In this document: piece after piece, positions 1 through 13,855 of the stretch
Numbering within the stretch: the stretch's first letter is position 1
How the letters are laid out: the number at the start of each line of letters is the position of its first letter
Assembly: GCF_006345805.1 (NCBI RefSeq)
Contig: NC_043012.1
Span: 10,602,001-10,666,000, forward strand
From: Octopus sinensis
Taxonomy: Eukaryota
Length of the DNA: 64,000 nt
Direction: 5' to 3'
Notes under the pieces: generated by a model
Database searches by the model: none
The model's input: only the letters and a program-made list of their open reading frames with translations
What the model was told of the DNA's origin: nothing
Made by a program: the position numbers and the translations under genes

Positions 1-13
1 GAGGTTTTGTGGC

Positions 14-66
<53 letters not shown>

Positions 67-609
67 TACACCTCCCCAGTGTTCATTTCTCGTTCGAATT
101 CCCAGTACATACTTTCCCAAACATTTTTCTGCAACTCATACTCTTGTTGTTGCCACTGTTATTTTGTTAATTACTCAATGCGTTTATACATCTTCTTTCA
201 TATGAGAACACGGAGAAAGGCTCACATAAACAACATACACACAAACACATGTACACCTTTACACAACACAAGCAACAACTGCACACACACGCGCGCGCGC
301 GCACGCATTGACACAGCACCAACAACAGCAACGGTTTCATTAAACGCAATATACAAAGAGCACAGATCCCTCACACACACCTGATCTCAATCACACACCC
401 TTCCTCAGTCCCCTATCCTCTCTTTCTCCTCCTAATTCTCTCCCCTCTTTCTCTCTTTCCTTTACCCTCTCCCTTTCAACCCTCTCCCTCTCTCCATCTC
501 TCTCTCCCTCCCCCTCTCTCTATATCTCTCTCTGTCTCTCCACTGCTACCTGGACGTTTGTGTGACTGATACCCTGATTTCTCAGTCTATCTTAATTCTA
601 TATAGCTAT

Positions 610-761
610 AGGCGCAGGAGAGGCTGTGTGGTAAGTAGCTTGCTTACCAACCACATAGTTTTGGGTTCAGTCCCACTGCGCGGCACCTTGGGCAAGTGTC
701 TTCTACTATAGGCCCGGGCCGACCAGAGACTTGGTAGACGGAAACTGAAAGAAGCCCGTCG

Positions 762-826
<65 letters not shown>

Positions 827-1048
827 TATGCGTGTGTACATGTTTGTGTGTCTTTGTCCTCTCAGAATCGGTTGACAATCGATGCTGGTGTGTTTACGTC
901 TCCGTAACTTAACGGTTCGGCAAAAGTGGCCGATAGAATAAGTACTAGGTTTACAAAGAATAAGTCCTGGGGTCGATTTGTTCGACTAAAGGCGGTGCTC
1001 CAACATGGCCACAGTCAAATGACTGAAACAAGTAAAAGAGTAAAAGAG
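610..1048 (+). mobile_element. SINE-A (tRNA head, CORE-like segment, internal (TA)(TG)n, CR1-like tail), full length
   Basis: A-box-like AGGCTGTGTGG, B-box GGTTCAGTCCC, CORE-like CACCTTGGGCAAGTG, tail (TAAAAGAG)2; more than 15 copies or fragments in the window. Confidence 0.9.
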
Positions 1049-2241
1049 TATGTGTCGGTCAGTTTATACTTTTTTCCGTGGGTTTCCCCCTCGTTAATAT
1101 CTTCCTGTTACATACCAAAGTCGAAATCTTTTATTCCAAAATCTCTCCTTTCCTCTATCCCTCATTCTCTCTTTCCCTCCCTCATCCTCTTTCTCTCTGT
1201 CTCTCCGCCCTTCTCCTCTCCCTCTTGGTACATATATGTCTCTGTATATGTATCACTTTATTTCTCTAGTTCTACCTGGCTGTCTGATTGACTGGCTGAA
1301 TTTTCGGTCTCTCTGTCTACTTATACTTTTCTCTTGGCTTTTCCCCTTTTTAATATCTTCCTTAATATACCAGCTTCAAAATTTCTGTTCCCCCCTCTTT
1401 CTCCCCCCCCCCCCTCTATATTTACTCACTGCCTACAAAAAAAAAAAGATTCCCTGTATCTGCTCCACAAATTTCCCGTTTTCTCAGTTTCCTACTTTAC
1501 CCATCATGCATTGCTTTAATTTCGTTTTATCTCACTTAATTTAGCTTAGATTTATTTTGTCTATTTACAGAGACATATTTGGGTTTTATCCCACGTTTTC
1601 TTTCCATTTCTTTTTTTATTGTTTACATGTTTGTTTATTCTAAACGCTTTCCAACAACATTTTATTTCACACTTTTATTCATCCTATTGTTTCATTCTTT
1701 TCTCTTTTCCTTTCTGCCTTCCCATCTCTTTGTTTTGTGTTATTTTTCTCCGTTTAATCCACGCAGATGTCAGAAATCATGAAAGCACCTTTTAAAAATA
1801 GTCCTACTCTATTTAACACAATCAACTTGCATCCAATAAATGTTTGGCTTTTTGATTTCCTTCTTGGGGATGATAATGCTGTTGTTTTTGTTGTTGCTGC
1901 CACAGTTGATGTACATACACACGCACACACACATACATGTGTGTGCGTGTGTGTATACTCTGTCATACACACACACCTCCGTTAATTCCATCCAGATCAA
2001 AAACTGCCAGCGCCATTTTTATTATCACTACATCAAGTCTCGCCACCAATGCCGCCAATATTTAAGTCCTACGATCCCTATAGATCATAGACCTTCAAGG
2101 ATTTTACCTCCACTGTTCTTATCTCTGTGGTATGTTGAAACACTGCTTCCTTGCAGCTTCCATTCGGGTATTAAACACAAATTCATGTTCCTATGAAGGG
2201 AGCCCTTCTCCAAAATCTTGTAGGTTTTGAATTTACTCCGA

Positions 2242-2645
2242 TGTGTGTAGCGTGTGTAGTTTGTCCGTCGATGCGACGAAGACCATCTAGTCATCCTGGG
2301 TTGGGAGTGGGCTTGTTTTGTGAGTTCGCAGATGGCGAGTGAGGCCAATCTGCTCCCGAAAGAGTCTTTGATAGTGTGGATAGGGAATGGTAGCGCCTGC
2401 TACTGGGTTGTTAGATCCTTCTTCCTGGCTTTTCTGCGGTCTTCTGCAGCTGCGATCCTATTGGTCCCGCATGTGTGAACAGCTGATCGCCACCCTTCTC
2501 TGTCTAGAGAAGACTGCTCCCAAGTGTCATGGTCGATGTTGAAAGCTTTCAATGAGGCTTTCAGTGTGTCCTTAAAGTGCTTCTTCTGGCCGCCTTGTGA
2601 ACACTTTCCCTTTTCCAGCTCGCCAAAGAGCAATATTTTTGAAAA
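2242..2645 (-). mobile_element. RTE-clade LINE, 5'-truncated 3' end
   Basis: LFGELEKGKCSQGGQKKHFKDTLKASLKAFNIDHDTWEQ...; terminal PHYQRLFREQIGLTRHLRTHK; short 3' UTR with hairpin and (CTACACAC)-like tail. Confidence 0.88.
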
Positions 2646-2908
2646 GATTGCTCTTTACTCCGATGACTGTTTAGTTTTCCGTCCCCCACCCACTAGGTGT
2701 AAGTATTGGTCCTATGCAAGCTCATTGTTACCCTTGGGAGGAGGTGATCCACATTAATCTGGCTTTTCTCCTTTGACTTGTCCGGCGTAGAAAACGCTAC
2801 TTGGAACTTGCTCTTCACTAGCATAGCTTCCGAGGTCTTTGAGGCACAACAAGAACTGGACCATGTGGTGGATTACCACCAGCAACACTATTATCAACAA
2901 CACCTTAT

Positions 2909-3346
2909 TATTTCTTTACTGTCCAAAAGGGGCTAAACACAGAGGGGACAAACAAGGACAGACAAACGGATTAAGTCGATTATATCGACCCCAGTGCGTA
3001 ACTGGTACTTATTTAATCGACCCCGAAAGGATGAACGGCAAAGTCGACCTCGGCGGAATTTAAACTCAGAACATAAAGACAGGCGAAATACCACTAAGCA
3101 TTTCGCCTGGCGTGCTAACGTTTCTTATTTTTTTATTGCCCACAAGGGGCTAAATATGGAGGGGACAAACAAGGGCAGACAAACGGATTGATTCAGTTAT
3201 ATCGACTCCAGTGCGTAGCTGGTACTTAATTTATCGACCCCGAAAGGAGGAAAGGCAAAGTCGACCTCGGCGGAATTTGAACTAAGAATGTAATACGGCT
3301 ACGCATTTTGCCCGGCGTGCTAACGTTTCTGCCAGCTCGCCGCCTT
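2909..3346 (-). mobile_element. SINE-B, head-to-tail dimer
   Basis: Two copies of the ~235-bp unit GGCGGCGAGCTGGCAGAAACG..GAGTTCAAATTCC..GCCTTTCATCCTTTCGGGGTCGATAAATTAAGTACCAG; the central segment resembles the MetaSINE domain as recalled (unverified). Confidence 0.9.
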
Positions 3347-3800
3347 CACCTTATTACTACCAACTAAATCAACCACCATCACCAGCATCCTCATCATATC
3401 TACTACCGATCTATTTACTCCAACCACTATCATTATAATCGAAGAGATCCCTCTCGGCTGAAAGTGTTAGTTCAATCAACCAAAGTTTCCCTCAAGTTAC
3501 AATAGATGGGAAATACACATTATGAAATACTGATATTATTCTGCAAAGCGTGGAAAACACAAGCAATACGAGATGGCTATGGATGAAATGTGCTGGGAAT
3601 TTTTACAGCGAGCTGGCAGAATTGTAAGAACATCAAAAAATATACTTTCTAACGGTCTCCATAGGCTAACGCTACCTTTCACGCCTCCAGGGCGAACACA
3701 AGTTACCTGACAAGTACAGGGTCGATTTAATCAACAAACCCCACCACTTCTCACTAAAGTTGCTTGCCTAGAAGCAATTATTGGTATATGTGCCTATAAT

Positions 3801-4129
3801 TGGTGTGTGTTCTTCCCGAACACATGGTTTCCGGTTCAGTTCCACTATGTGGCACCTTCAGCAATTACCTTCTATTGTAGCCTCGGGCCGACAAAAGACT
3901 TGTGAGTGGATTTGGCAGACGGAAACTGAAAAAAGCCCGTCGTATACATATGTGTGTGTGTGTGTGTATTTCTGTGTCTGTGTTCGTTCCCCCCACCATC
4001 GGCAAAAAATCGATAGAATAAGTACTCGACTTTCAAAAAAATATATCCTAGAGTCGATCCGTTCAACTAAAGGCCGTGCTCCACCATGGCCGCAGTCAAA
4101 TGACTGAAACAGGTAAAAGAATAAAAAAT
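3801..4129 (+). mobile_element. SINE-A, degenerate
   Basis: Aligns to 610-1048 with deletions. Confidence 0.85.
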
Positions 4130-4547
4130 ATGTGTGTGTGTGTGTGTGTATGTGTATATGTATGTATGTATGCATGTATGTATGTATGTATGTGCACCCA
4201 CACACACAGTCATTACATAAATATATATATGAATATAAGCATGCATACATGCATGTGAGTATGTGTGTCACATTTTTGATAACCTGTAGCAGTAATCCGC
4301 AATACATAAGGATTACAGAAAGGAAGTACAAATACAAGGCTTCTTATTTTAGGGTTCAGAAGCTACATCAACTCGGGTCATGCTTGCTGATTTATTGTTA
4401 AACCCTATGCCATTCCATATTGAGTTGTTATTTAGTCAGAGGTGTTCCAACGGTGACCCTTTCGCCTATTTTGTGTAAGAGAGACTATATTTTCTTGAGC
4501 ATCCCTATACATACACTTGCATATATATACATACATGTGTGTATGTG

Positions 4548-4578
<31 letters not shown>

Positions 4579-4740
4579 GTGCAGGTGTGTGTGTGGAGGG
4601 GGTATACATGCACATATATAAGTAATTCTCTTAGTGACATGTCATGTCCATTCTGAAGAAATTCTTGATTCTTGAAACTATCTTCCTTTCCTAATTTGGA
4701 GTTTCAATTGCCACAAAACGATTGTTCTACCTTCTCTTGA

Positions 4741-4866
4741 AGGAGTGGCTGTGGTTCCGGGTTCATCCCCACTGCGTGGAACCTTGGGCAAGTGTCTACT
4801 ATAGTCTCGGGCCGACCAAAGCCTTTTGAGTGGATTTGGTGGACGTAAACTGAAAGAAGCCTGTCG

Positions 4867-4929
<63 letters not shown>

Positions 4930-5133
4930 ATCTGTGCTTCCGTGTTTGTTCCCCCAACATCGCTTGTCAACCGATGCTGGTGTCTTTATGTCCCCGTAAC
5001 TTAGCGGTTCGGCAAAGAGACTGATAGAATAAGTACTAGGCTTACAAAGAAAAAGTCCTGAGGCCGATTTGCTCGACTAAAGGCGGTGTCCCAGCATGGC
5101 CACAGTCAAATGAATTAAACAAGTAAAAGAGTA
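4741..5133 (+). mobile_element. SINE-A
   Basis: Aligns to 610-1048 with a deletion in the head. Confidence 0.88.
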
Positions 5134-6444
5134 CATCTAGAATTTATGTCATACCTTACACTCCCTTATTTGTCTTCGTTTATAAGCATAACGCTGGCCA
5201 CTCTCAGCTGTATCTCTTAGCCCCTAAAATATATACATATATATATATATATAGGGGTGGGTGAATTAATGTTTCTCTAGTTATCTGTATTCCATTATAT
5301 CTCAGTGTAAAGTGTAACTCCGCGTGCGAACACATCGACACATGTATGCGTGTGTGTGTACCTCCATTAAGAAATGACTTAACGACAAATCTCACCCATA
5401 ACTTCCTCGCTTGGATCCGCCCACTACCCTCCTTCTTTCTCCATTTCCCTCCCGTCCCACCATATCCCCATCTCTTTCTTTCTGCCATTTAGTTAATAGC
5501 TGCTCCATGTCACGCTGTTCATCATCATTTCGCGTTTCTCTCCCCAACCAAACACTTACTTCAGAAACTGTACTTGGAAGAAGCTAGAAATATTTTTTTT
5601 CATTTTAAGCAGAATTTCAGAATTTCTGGGGGTTTTTTGTTCATTTTTTTTTCTCTCAGAAAATGGTTGAAAAGTTTTAAAAAATCAACCATTAAAACAA
5701 GAATAGAGAGGGAGGTGGAATTAGAAAAAGAGCGAGAGAGACATGTTGAAGACAGCGAGCGAAAGATATGAAATGTCAAAGAAAAAAAAATAAAGCCACA
5801 AGGTGAGAAAGAAGGAGTGAGTGGCAGAGGGAAAGGAAATGGGAAGGAAATAAAAGAAAAAGAATGTTTAAGAGATTCGGAGAAAAAAAGAACGAAAGAA
5901 TTATTGTATGTGAAACGAAAGTGAAAGTAGGAATTAGAAAAACGATTTAAGAAAAAGAAATTAAAATAGGAAGGATGGAGAATAAAGAAGGAAGGAATGA
6001 AAAAGGTTAAAACAGGAATATGAATGGTGAAAGGAAAGAAAAGTGAAAGAAATATTTGAGGGAAAAAGGAAACAAGAAAAATTATGAACCAAAATTGAGA
6101 GAGAATATTTGGATGAATAAAAATAACATTCACACACGAGTGACATCATTTTCACTCACTCAATCCTTCAGTGTAATCGCTAACTCACTTTCTTCATCTC
6201 AACCTTGTGAAATCATTCGCCTATTTACTCAGTGATTGACTTGTTGTCTATCTCCTGTAAATTTAACTGATGCTTGCGTGCACATTGATGTTCTCTTATA
6301 TAAATTATGCGTAGATAAATCAAGCGAATAAGAAATGAAAAAGCACACGGACTCTAATTTTCCTTCATCAGCAGTTGCCAGAGTCCATGACAATTTCGGT
6401 ACGTTTAATAACATTATCCCAAGATGTTAGTGAGCCATAGTAGC

Positions 6445-6655
6445 ATACATACATGCATACATACATACATACATACATACATACACACAAACATACATAC
6501 ATACGTACATACATACGTACATACATACATACATACATACATACACACAAACATACATACATACATACGTACATACATACATACAAAAATACATACATAC
6601 ATACATACATACATACATACATACATACACATATACATACACACATACATACATA
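6445..6655. repeat. (CATA)n tetranucleotide microsatellite; others at 14030-14175, 16050-16220, 35835-35900
   Basis: Direct inspection. Confidence 0.95.
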
Positions 6656-6677
6656 TCCAAGAGAAAAATGTATTCTT

Positions 6678-6842
6678 ATTTCTTTACTGCCCACATGGGA
6701 CTACACACAGAGGGGACAAACAAGGAAAGACAAAGGGGTTAAGTCGATTATATCGACCCCAGTGCGTAACTGGTACTTATTTAATCGACCCCAAAAGGAT
6801 GAACGGCAAAGTCAACCTCGGCGGAATTTGAACTCAGAACGT
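6678..6842 (-). mobile_element. SINE-B, 5'-truncated
   Basis: Aligns to the 3' part of the SINE-B unit. Confidence 0.88.
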
Positions 6843-7157
6843 TGCAGAGAAAATATTTTCTATTGATTTATTAACCCACTTCATCAAAGTATGTATTTGT
6901 TATGCAAATTACACAGGCGAGTGTACTGTCTATGCATTATATGGAAATAATCGGTTCCTTGAGTGAAGGGTGTTATTCAATCTCTGTTGAAAGTCTAGTA
7001 AGACTAGAAATTCTTCTGATTCCATCATATTCTTCTGTCCACGTAGAAGTAAAAATCAAGGTTAGCCAATTTGCTAGCTTTTCAGAGCGTGGCTAAAATG
7101 TAATGTTATTGAACAGGTACATATTGTCTTCAAATTCTGTCTCTTGTGTACATTTTA

Positions 7158-7975
7158 CAAGGTGTTTAGGCTAAATGCAACAGTTTTTGTCTCCTTTTTT
7201 TTTTTTTTGTTTCAAGAATAGCTTGATATGTTGGTGAACAGTCAACAGCAAAGATGTTGTTGAAAAAACGTTAGGTGACACAGAGAGCTGAAACCCATCT
7301 GAAAATTGTGGAAATATTACAAGAATCATGATGATTCGTACCGGGTATCGATACGCCGACATCATCATTGCTGCTCAATGCTCTGTGAATACTGTAAAGG
7401 CTGTGAGATGTGTCACGAACCGCTGCAACAGGGGCTATGTAGCTGTGGTTAGCAGGATGGAACACAGCAGGAATTCTCACTGCCGGAGTTCATCCGACAA
7501 CTGTAGGATAAGGTGTTGGAAGATCCAAGCAAGGGAGCTCGGGCTTTGGCATGAGAGGTTGGAGTTGGAGTCAGCATCATGAAGCTGGCTCTGAATGAGG
7601 ACCTCCATTACAGGAGGTACAAGGGAGAAATTCAGAAGTGGTTGTCGGAGAATTTCTACGACTTCACCATCCCCAATTCCTAGCTTCCTCAATTATAATC
7701 CCATCGATTACTATGTATGAGACGCGGTTGAGAAAGACACGAGCTGGTAGCCAAGATCAAGGATATTTTCGAAGGGGTAACGCATGCACCATCTTTCGGA
7801 AACATCTTCATCCACAGTGGAAAGTGAGAGTGGCTGGTTTCAGTAAACTGTTATCTTCCAGCCATAATCTAATTGATACTTTTTTATATTTTTTTAAAAA
7901 GATACTTTTATTTTTAAATGGGTTGTTGTTTGCTTTCCTTCTATGCACACTGTCAAATTTAGCCCGAACACACTA
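7158..7975 (+). mobile_element. Internally deleted Tc1/mariner element (maT/DD37D-like) with both TIRs and TA target duplication
   Basis: 27-bp TIRs at 7158-7184 and 7949-7975 (19/27 match), TA at 7156-57 and 7976-77; N-terminal MIRTGYRYADIIIAAQCSVNTVK; C-terminal NPIDYYV*DAVEKDT..ELVAKIKDIFE..NACTIFRKHL. Confidence 0.8.
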
Positions 7976-7982
7976 TACATAC

Positions 7983-8385
7983 TCTTTCTCTTTTACTCTT
8001 TTCAGTCATTTGACTGCGGCCATGCTGGAGCTCCGCCTTTAGTCGAGCAAATCGACCCCGGGACTTATTCTTTGTAAGCCCAGTACTTATTCTATCGGTC
8101 TAATTTGCCGAACCGCTAAGTTACGGGGACATAAACACACCAGCATCGGTTGTGAAGCAATGCTAGGGGGACAAACACAGACACACAAAAACACACACAC
8201 GTACATATATATACATATATACGACAGGCTTCTTTCAGTTTCCGTCTACCAAATCCACTCACAAGGCATTGGTCGGCCCGGGGCTATAGCAGAAGACACT
8301 TGCCCAAGATACCACGCAGTGGGACTGAACCCGGAACCATGTGGTTGGTTAGCAAGCTATTTACCACACAGCCACTCCTGCGCCT
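7983..8385 (-). mobile_element. SINE-A, full length
   Basis: Reverse complement of the 610-1048 type; lies immediately beyond the mariner right TIR. Confidence 0.9.
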
Positions 8386-8504
8386 AGGGTTAGGGTTAGG
8401 GTTACATGTTTGTTATATTGTTCTGTATGGTTATTTGCGAGTCAAATATATGATTATAAATACATGCCCATATAGGTAGCTAGATTTATAAATACCACAC
8501 ATAA

Positions 8505-8710
8505 TAAAACTGAAATGACTGTATGGTCGCTTGAGCTTCTGGAGATAAGACTGATCTCGCACAAACACATCCTACTACATCTGGAATGAATGTAAAGAAT
8601 TCGTTCGGTAACCAAGTCATGCATAACCACAAAGATATGGACGGTCATAGATGGAATCTTTGATCATAGTTTTGCTTGATCAGCGCTGGCCTGTGGTTAA
8701 ACAGCAATAA
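8505..8710 (+). mobile_element. Old, highly diverged SINE-like family F (related relics near 13000-13115, 23275-23430, 27960-28080, 29190-29290, 51860-52010)
   Basis: Recurring ggtca..g.tggaat..tttgatcata..ctaaacaaca motif; low identity, judged by eye. Confidence 0.5.
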
Positions 8711-8916
8711 CCGTGCTACACACATATATAAACACGCGCCCAAATGTATGTATGTAACACCTTCATATTATCTCGCGTGTCTATAAATGCACATAAGCTA
8801 AATGCGTTATATAAGCCTCGTATATATATATATATATATATATACACACTTGCTACTACATACTATACTACATGTATATAAACTTTGTATAAGTACGTGA
8901 ATACTTGGATACATGC

Positions 8917-8963
<47 letters not shown>

Positions 8964-9539
8964 CTTCTATACACACATATACGTATGTGTATATATTTAT
9001 ATGTATACACGGTTGAGTATAGATACGTATATATCTGTACACAAATAGAAGTGCACATACACACACACACATATCAAACATGAGTGCTCACACATATTCT
9101 CATACATACTTTCAAACATATATACATAGGGCAATGAAATTCGCCATTTTAATGCAGATAGCGTAGGCCATAACAGAAATATTTCATCTGTGACCCTTAA
9201 AACAGTTTCTACAGTCTTTACAAGATCTTTGCAGCACTATTCTCATCATCCTTAACTTTCCTTTTCACGAACGTTGCTCCATAAAAATCGTACAATGAGT
9301 GATTCTTTTGTTAAACCCGCTATTCTCACTTTTCCTGGGTTGCCCAATCACCTGTCACTCAATCACTTCTGGTAATATTCTTTTCGAAGCCACTCTACCG
9401 TAGCTGCCACAAAGATTTGGCGGGAAAGAAAGTGAAAGTGAAACTACAAGCGAAAGGAAGCAAAAAAAGAGAAAGTCAAATGAATAAATGTTTAGCGTTT
9501 CAGTTTGAATTTATTCTTCTTATTCCTTTTTCCTTGTTC

Positions 9540-11100
9540 TTGCAACATCGTTTTGTTGTGATTTTTATTTTGTTCGTTTATTTTTGTAATTGTTGTTTCT
9601 CAGTTCTTGCAGCATCGCCTTGTTGTTGTTGTTGATGTTCTTGTCATCATAGTTATTTTTCTAGTTTTAATTTTGTTGTATTTTGTGAAAATGTTGCTGT
9701 TGTTAATGTTCTTGTTTCTCTTTCTACAGTTTCTTCTTTTGTTGTTGTTGTTACTAAAGTTTTACATCTTTTTTTGTGTGTGTGGTTGATGCTTTGTTGT
9801 TGTTGTGATAATGGCGGATGATGCTGTAACTTTCCGTTCTTGTTGTTGTTAGTATTGTTATTGTCATGTTTTCCTTCGGATTTTTATCGTTTTCAATGAC
9901 GTTGATGCTGCTATCATTGAGCTTCGATTGCTGTTATTGATGATGAGGATGATGATGATGATGATGAGGTTACGCTTGTTTTTATTGCTATGGTTGAACT
10001 TCGTGTTCCAATTGTTATAGGTGGTGGTAATGGTGGTGAACGTTTCAGCGATGAATAGATTTATAGACATGGTGGTGGTAGTGGTGGTGGTGGTGGTGGT
10101 GGTGGTAGTGGTGGTGGTGCCGGTCGTAGTAGTAGTGGTAGCAGGCATAGTAGCAGCAGCGGCATCAGTAACAGCGGCAGCAGCAGCGGTTGTGGCGTTG
10201 GTGATGATGATGGTTTTATCATGATGATGGTTGTTGTTTTGTCATTGTTGTTGTTCTTGTTGTTCTTCTTATTGTGAATACTGCAGTTAGGAGTGGCGTT
10301 GCTTGTGGTTGCTGTGGCAGTGGCGTCATTAGGGGTACCAGTGGAGGATAATGATGGCGGGGTGGGGTCGAGATACCGTTTGCACTTTTATGGTGGTGAT
10401 GTGATCATTCAAAATAGGAATGATGATGATGGTGGGGCAAGTTGTGAGATGAGGCTGGTGGTGGTGCTGATGGTGGAGGTTGTGATGTCGGTGGTACAGT
10501 TTGTAGTGGTTGTGGTGATAGTAACGACGATGCTGGTGGCAGAGCTAGTCGGGTTAGAGATGGTAATGGGGGTATGTGTAGCAGGGTGGAGGTAGTGTTT
10601 GTTTTAGTTAGTGCATAGAGGTGTGGCGATGTTGAGCAGTAAAGGTGATGTGACAATACAGGTGGTAGCGTTGAGTGGTTGTAGTGATGGTGGTGGTGGT
10701 GGGGAGGGGGGTAGTGCTGCTGCTGCTTCTGATGGAGAACATAGCGGTGATTGTGAATGTATGTGTTGATGCGTGTAATTGTTAGTACTGCTGGAGTGGT
10801 ATTGCAGTGTACAGGGAAGGTGGTAACGATCATGGAATGGGCAGTAGTGGTGGTGATGGTAGTGACGATATAGAGTGTGTTGAGGTGGTAGTAAAAATGG
10901 TAGTGGTCATGGGATGTGAAGTGGTGGGTGTGTGTTGTTTGCAGTATATTATATATCATTGTTGTTTTTGTTGTTGCAATTGGAAGAGGAGGAGGAGGAG
11001 GAGGGGGGTGGCAGTTTTTTTGTGGGAGACAGTCATGCTGGTGATGGTGATGCTTGTAACTGTTATGATGTTAGTCGTGGTAGAAAAAGTAGTGTGAGAA
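9540..11100. repeat. Degenerate trinucleotide mosaic (GTT/GAT/GGT/GCA); similar tracts at 20476-20910, 27610-28320, 31764-31940, 46740-47190
   Basis: Direct inspection; source of the poly-V/T/H/D/M ORFs. Confidence 0.9.
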
Positions 11101-11559
11101 TATTCGTGTTTAGCGCTTGTTGTTGCTACAATTATTGTTTTATAGTCCCAGATCAACTCCGAGTGAATATTTCTAGAATTAGACATTCCAACATGAACAT
11201 CTCATCTTTTAGTCTGACATACTCTCCCTAGATCTACACCAACATTATCTAATATAATATTTGTTTTAATCGATGCTATTGATTGCTATTTCTGGCATGA
11301 CCAATGACCACTAGGAATCATTGAACCTCCTCGTGTTCTTTAACTGATATTGTGATATTTATTTTTCACTAATTATGGAGGGGAAATCAATTTTCCAAGC
11401 AAACTAAGTAAATTTTTTCCCTTTGTTTTACACGTTGTTGCTACTACCTGTCTTTGAGAGTTCCTGACAGAAGTTTTGGTGTTGCACAGTGCACTATACT
11501 GCCACTCATACCTCAACCTCCTCCATCACTAGAACCCATTCTTTTCTTTTCTACTCTAG

Positions 11560-11705
11560 GTACAAGGCCCGAAATTTTGAGGGAAGGGCCATTCGATTAG
11601 ATCGATCCAAGTACGCAACGGGTACTTAATTTATCGACCCCAAAAGGATGAAAGGCAAAGTCGATCTCGGCGGAATTTGAACTCAGAACGTAAAGACAGA
11701 CAAGA
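11560..11705 (-). mobile_element. SINE-B-related fragment with a variant tail
   Basis: gtacttaatttatcgacccc..ggcaaagtcgatctcggcggaatttgaactcagaacg core; different 3' end. Confidence 0.75.
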
Positions 11706-13355
11706 CACCGCTGAGAACACATTCCACGATCACTTCCACTCCCCCCAATAGACTCCAATACCATTATTCTACACTCCTGCACCACTTTTCGCTAACTAGG
11801 CAGGATTTGAACTCAGAACGTACAGAGCCGAGACAGGTAGCGTGAGGTATCCTGTGAAGCTCCGATAGTTCTGCCCGTCTTTCTCCATGGCACACTTTTT
11901 ATCGGCCCCCGGAAAGATAATACGCAGTTGAACACAGTGGGATTTGTACTCAAAGCACAGAAAGCCTAAACATTTAATCCAACGCTCCAACGACTCTGCG
12001 AATTCCTCACCAGTAAACCATGATTATGCAATCATATTTTATATTGTCAGAGATACTGAAAAAACGATAAAATAAACGTAAGATAATTATAAACACAAAA
12101 AAAGTAATAGAAATTAAGATATCTCGATGGTGTTAGTCGAATAAATTGGCGCTAGGAAAAAAGCGGGAACAAATGACGGCGGAAGAAGGAATGGCGAGAG
12201 AGGTTTTAGGAAGTGATGCCGGTGAAGTAATTCCGTCTCTTTTTTAAGAAATTTTGTTCTGAATAGTTAAATCTTGAGGGGAAGTTTTATATTAGGAATA
12301 CAGTCTTCCTGCAAACCACCATTGTCTGTATTTTGATTTCTCTGCTAGATCACGTGTTGGTTTAACAGGTCACGCTCATACTCATATTCTTATTGCTTTT
12401 GGTGGACTGAGGACTAACATGAGGAGTCACCAGGTGACTCCTCAGTGAATGAATTGTAAACATTGGTGAATGGTAGTAATAGTAAGGTGAGTGTATTGTT
12501 GATTGTCTATTCGCTTGAATTTTTTCCTTTTTTTTTGTTTTGTTTTCTCTCTGAACATTCATACGTCGTCTTCGATGGGAGAGTCCGTCATAGCCTAGTG
12601 TGCTTCTACTTAGTTCTGTTGTAGTTAGAATAGAACTCAATGCGCTGGTGCTGATATTTAACCTTTCAAATTGGTTTGAATTAATAATCATCTCACTGCT
12701 TCCAGATTTCAGGGATGTATTAATATATGTTTAGAATAACATTATGTGGTAGATGTCAGAGGCTGGATCTGGCCAGTTTGAACATAAACTGAATATTGAA
12801 CATTGTTGAACATACAATATCTAGAATATTTGGGCTTGATATAGCCGGTTTTAGTACTAAAAGGTTACATAAAATTCGATCGCCTATTATGAAAGAATTC
12901 AAAGCTATATAGTCGGAGTAAAAGGTTTACTATCCTCACTCCACTCCTTTGGGATTATTCGATTTTGTACTTAATATTATGATTCACTTAGGATTATCCA
13001 ATTAGATCTTTGGTAAAGTGGCTTCCATTGAACTTGAAGTTCATTCCTGATAGTCATGGCTAGAATGCCTTTTATTACATTCCTGCTTGATCGGAACTGG
13101 CCTACCACTAAACAAACGCATGCATTAAAGATATACAACGCAATGCTGATGAGGCATATACACATAAAATGGCACTCTGTCGGTTACGGCGACGTGTGCT
13201 CCAGCTTATTTCATCAACTGAACCGTCTGCTAGTGAAATTAACGTGCGAGTGGCTGAGCACTCCGCAGACACACTTTCCCCTAACGTAGTTCTCAAGGAG
13301 ATGCAAAGTGGTACTGAATGTAACAAGACATGCCCATTTGAAATACAGGTACAAC

Positions 13356-13855
<500 letters not shown>

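Noticed and set aside
2645-2875. Possible twin-priming inversion at the RTE 5' end (10-bp inverted repeat AAAGAGCAAT/ATTGCTCTTT; LYSDD motif on the plus strand)
   Set aside because: Neither strand gives a consistent RTE translation over the interval
8383-8403. TAGGGTTAGGGTTAGGGGTTA telomere-like repeat
   Set aside because: Only about three units next to a SINE head; within chance expectation for this repeat-rich DNA
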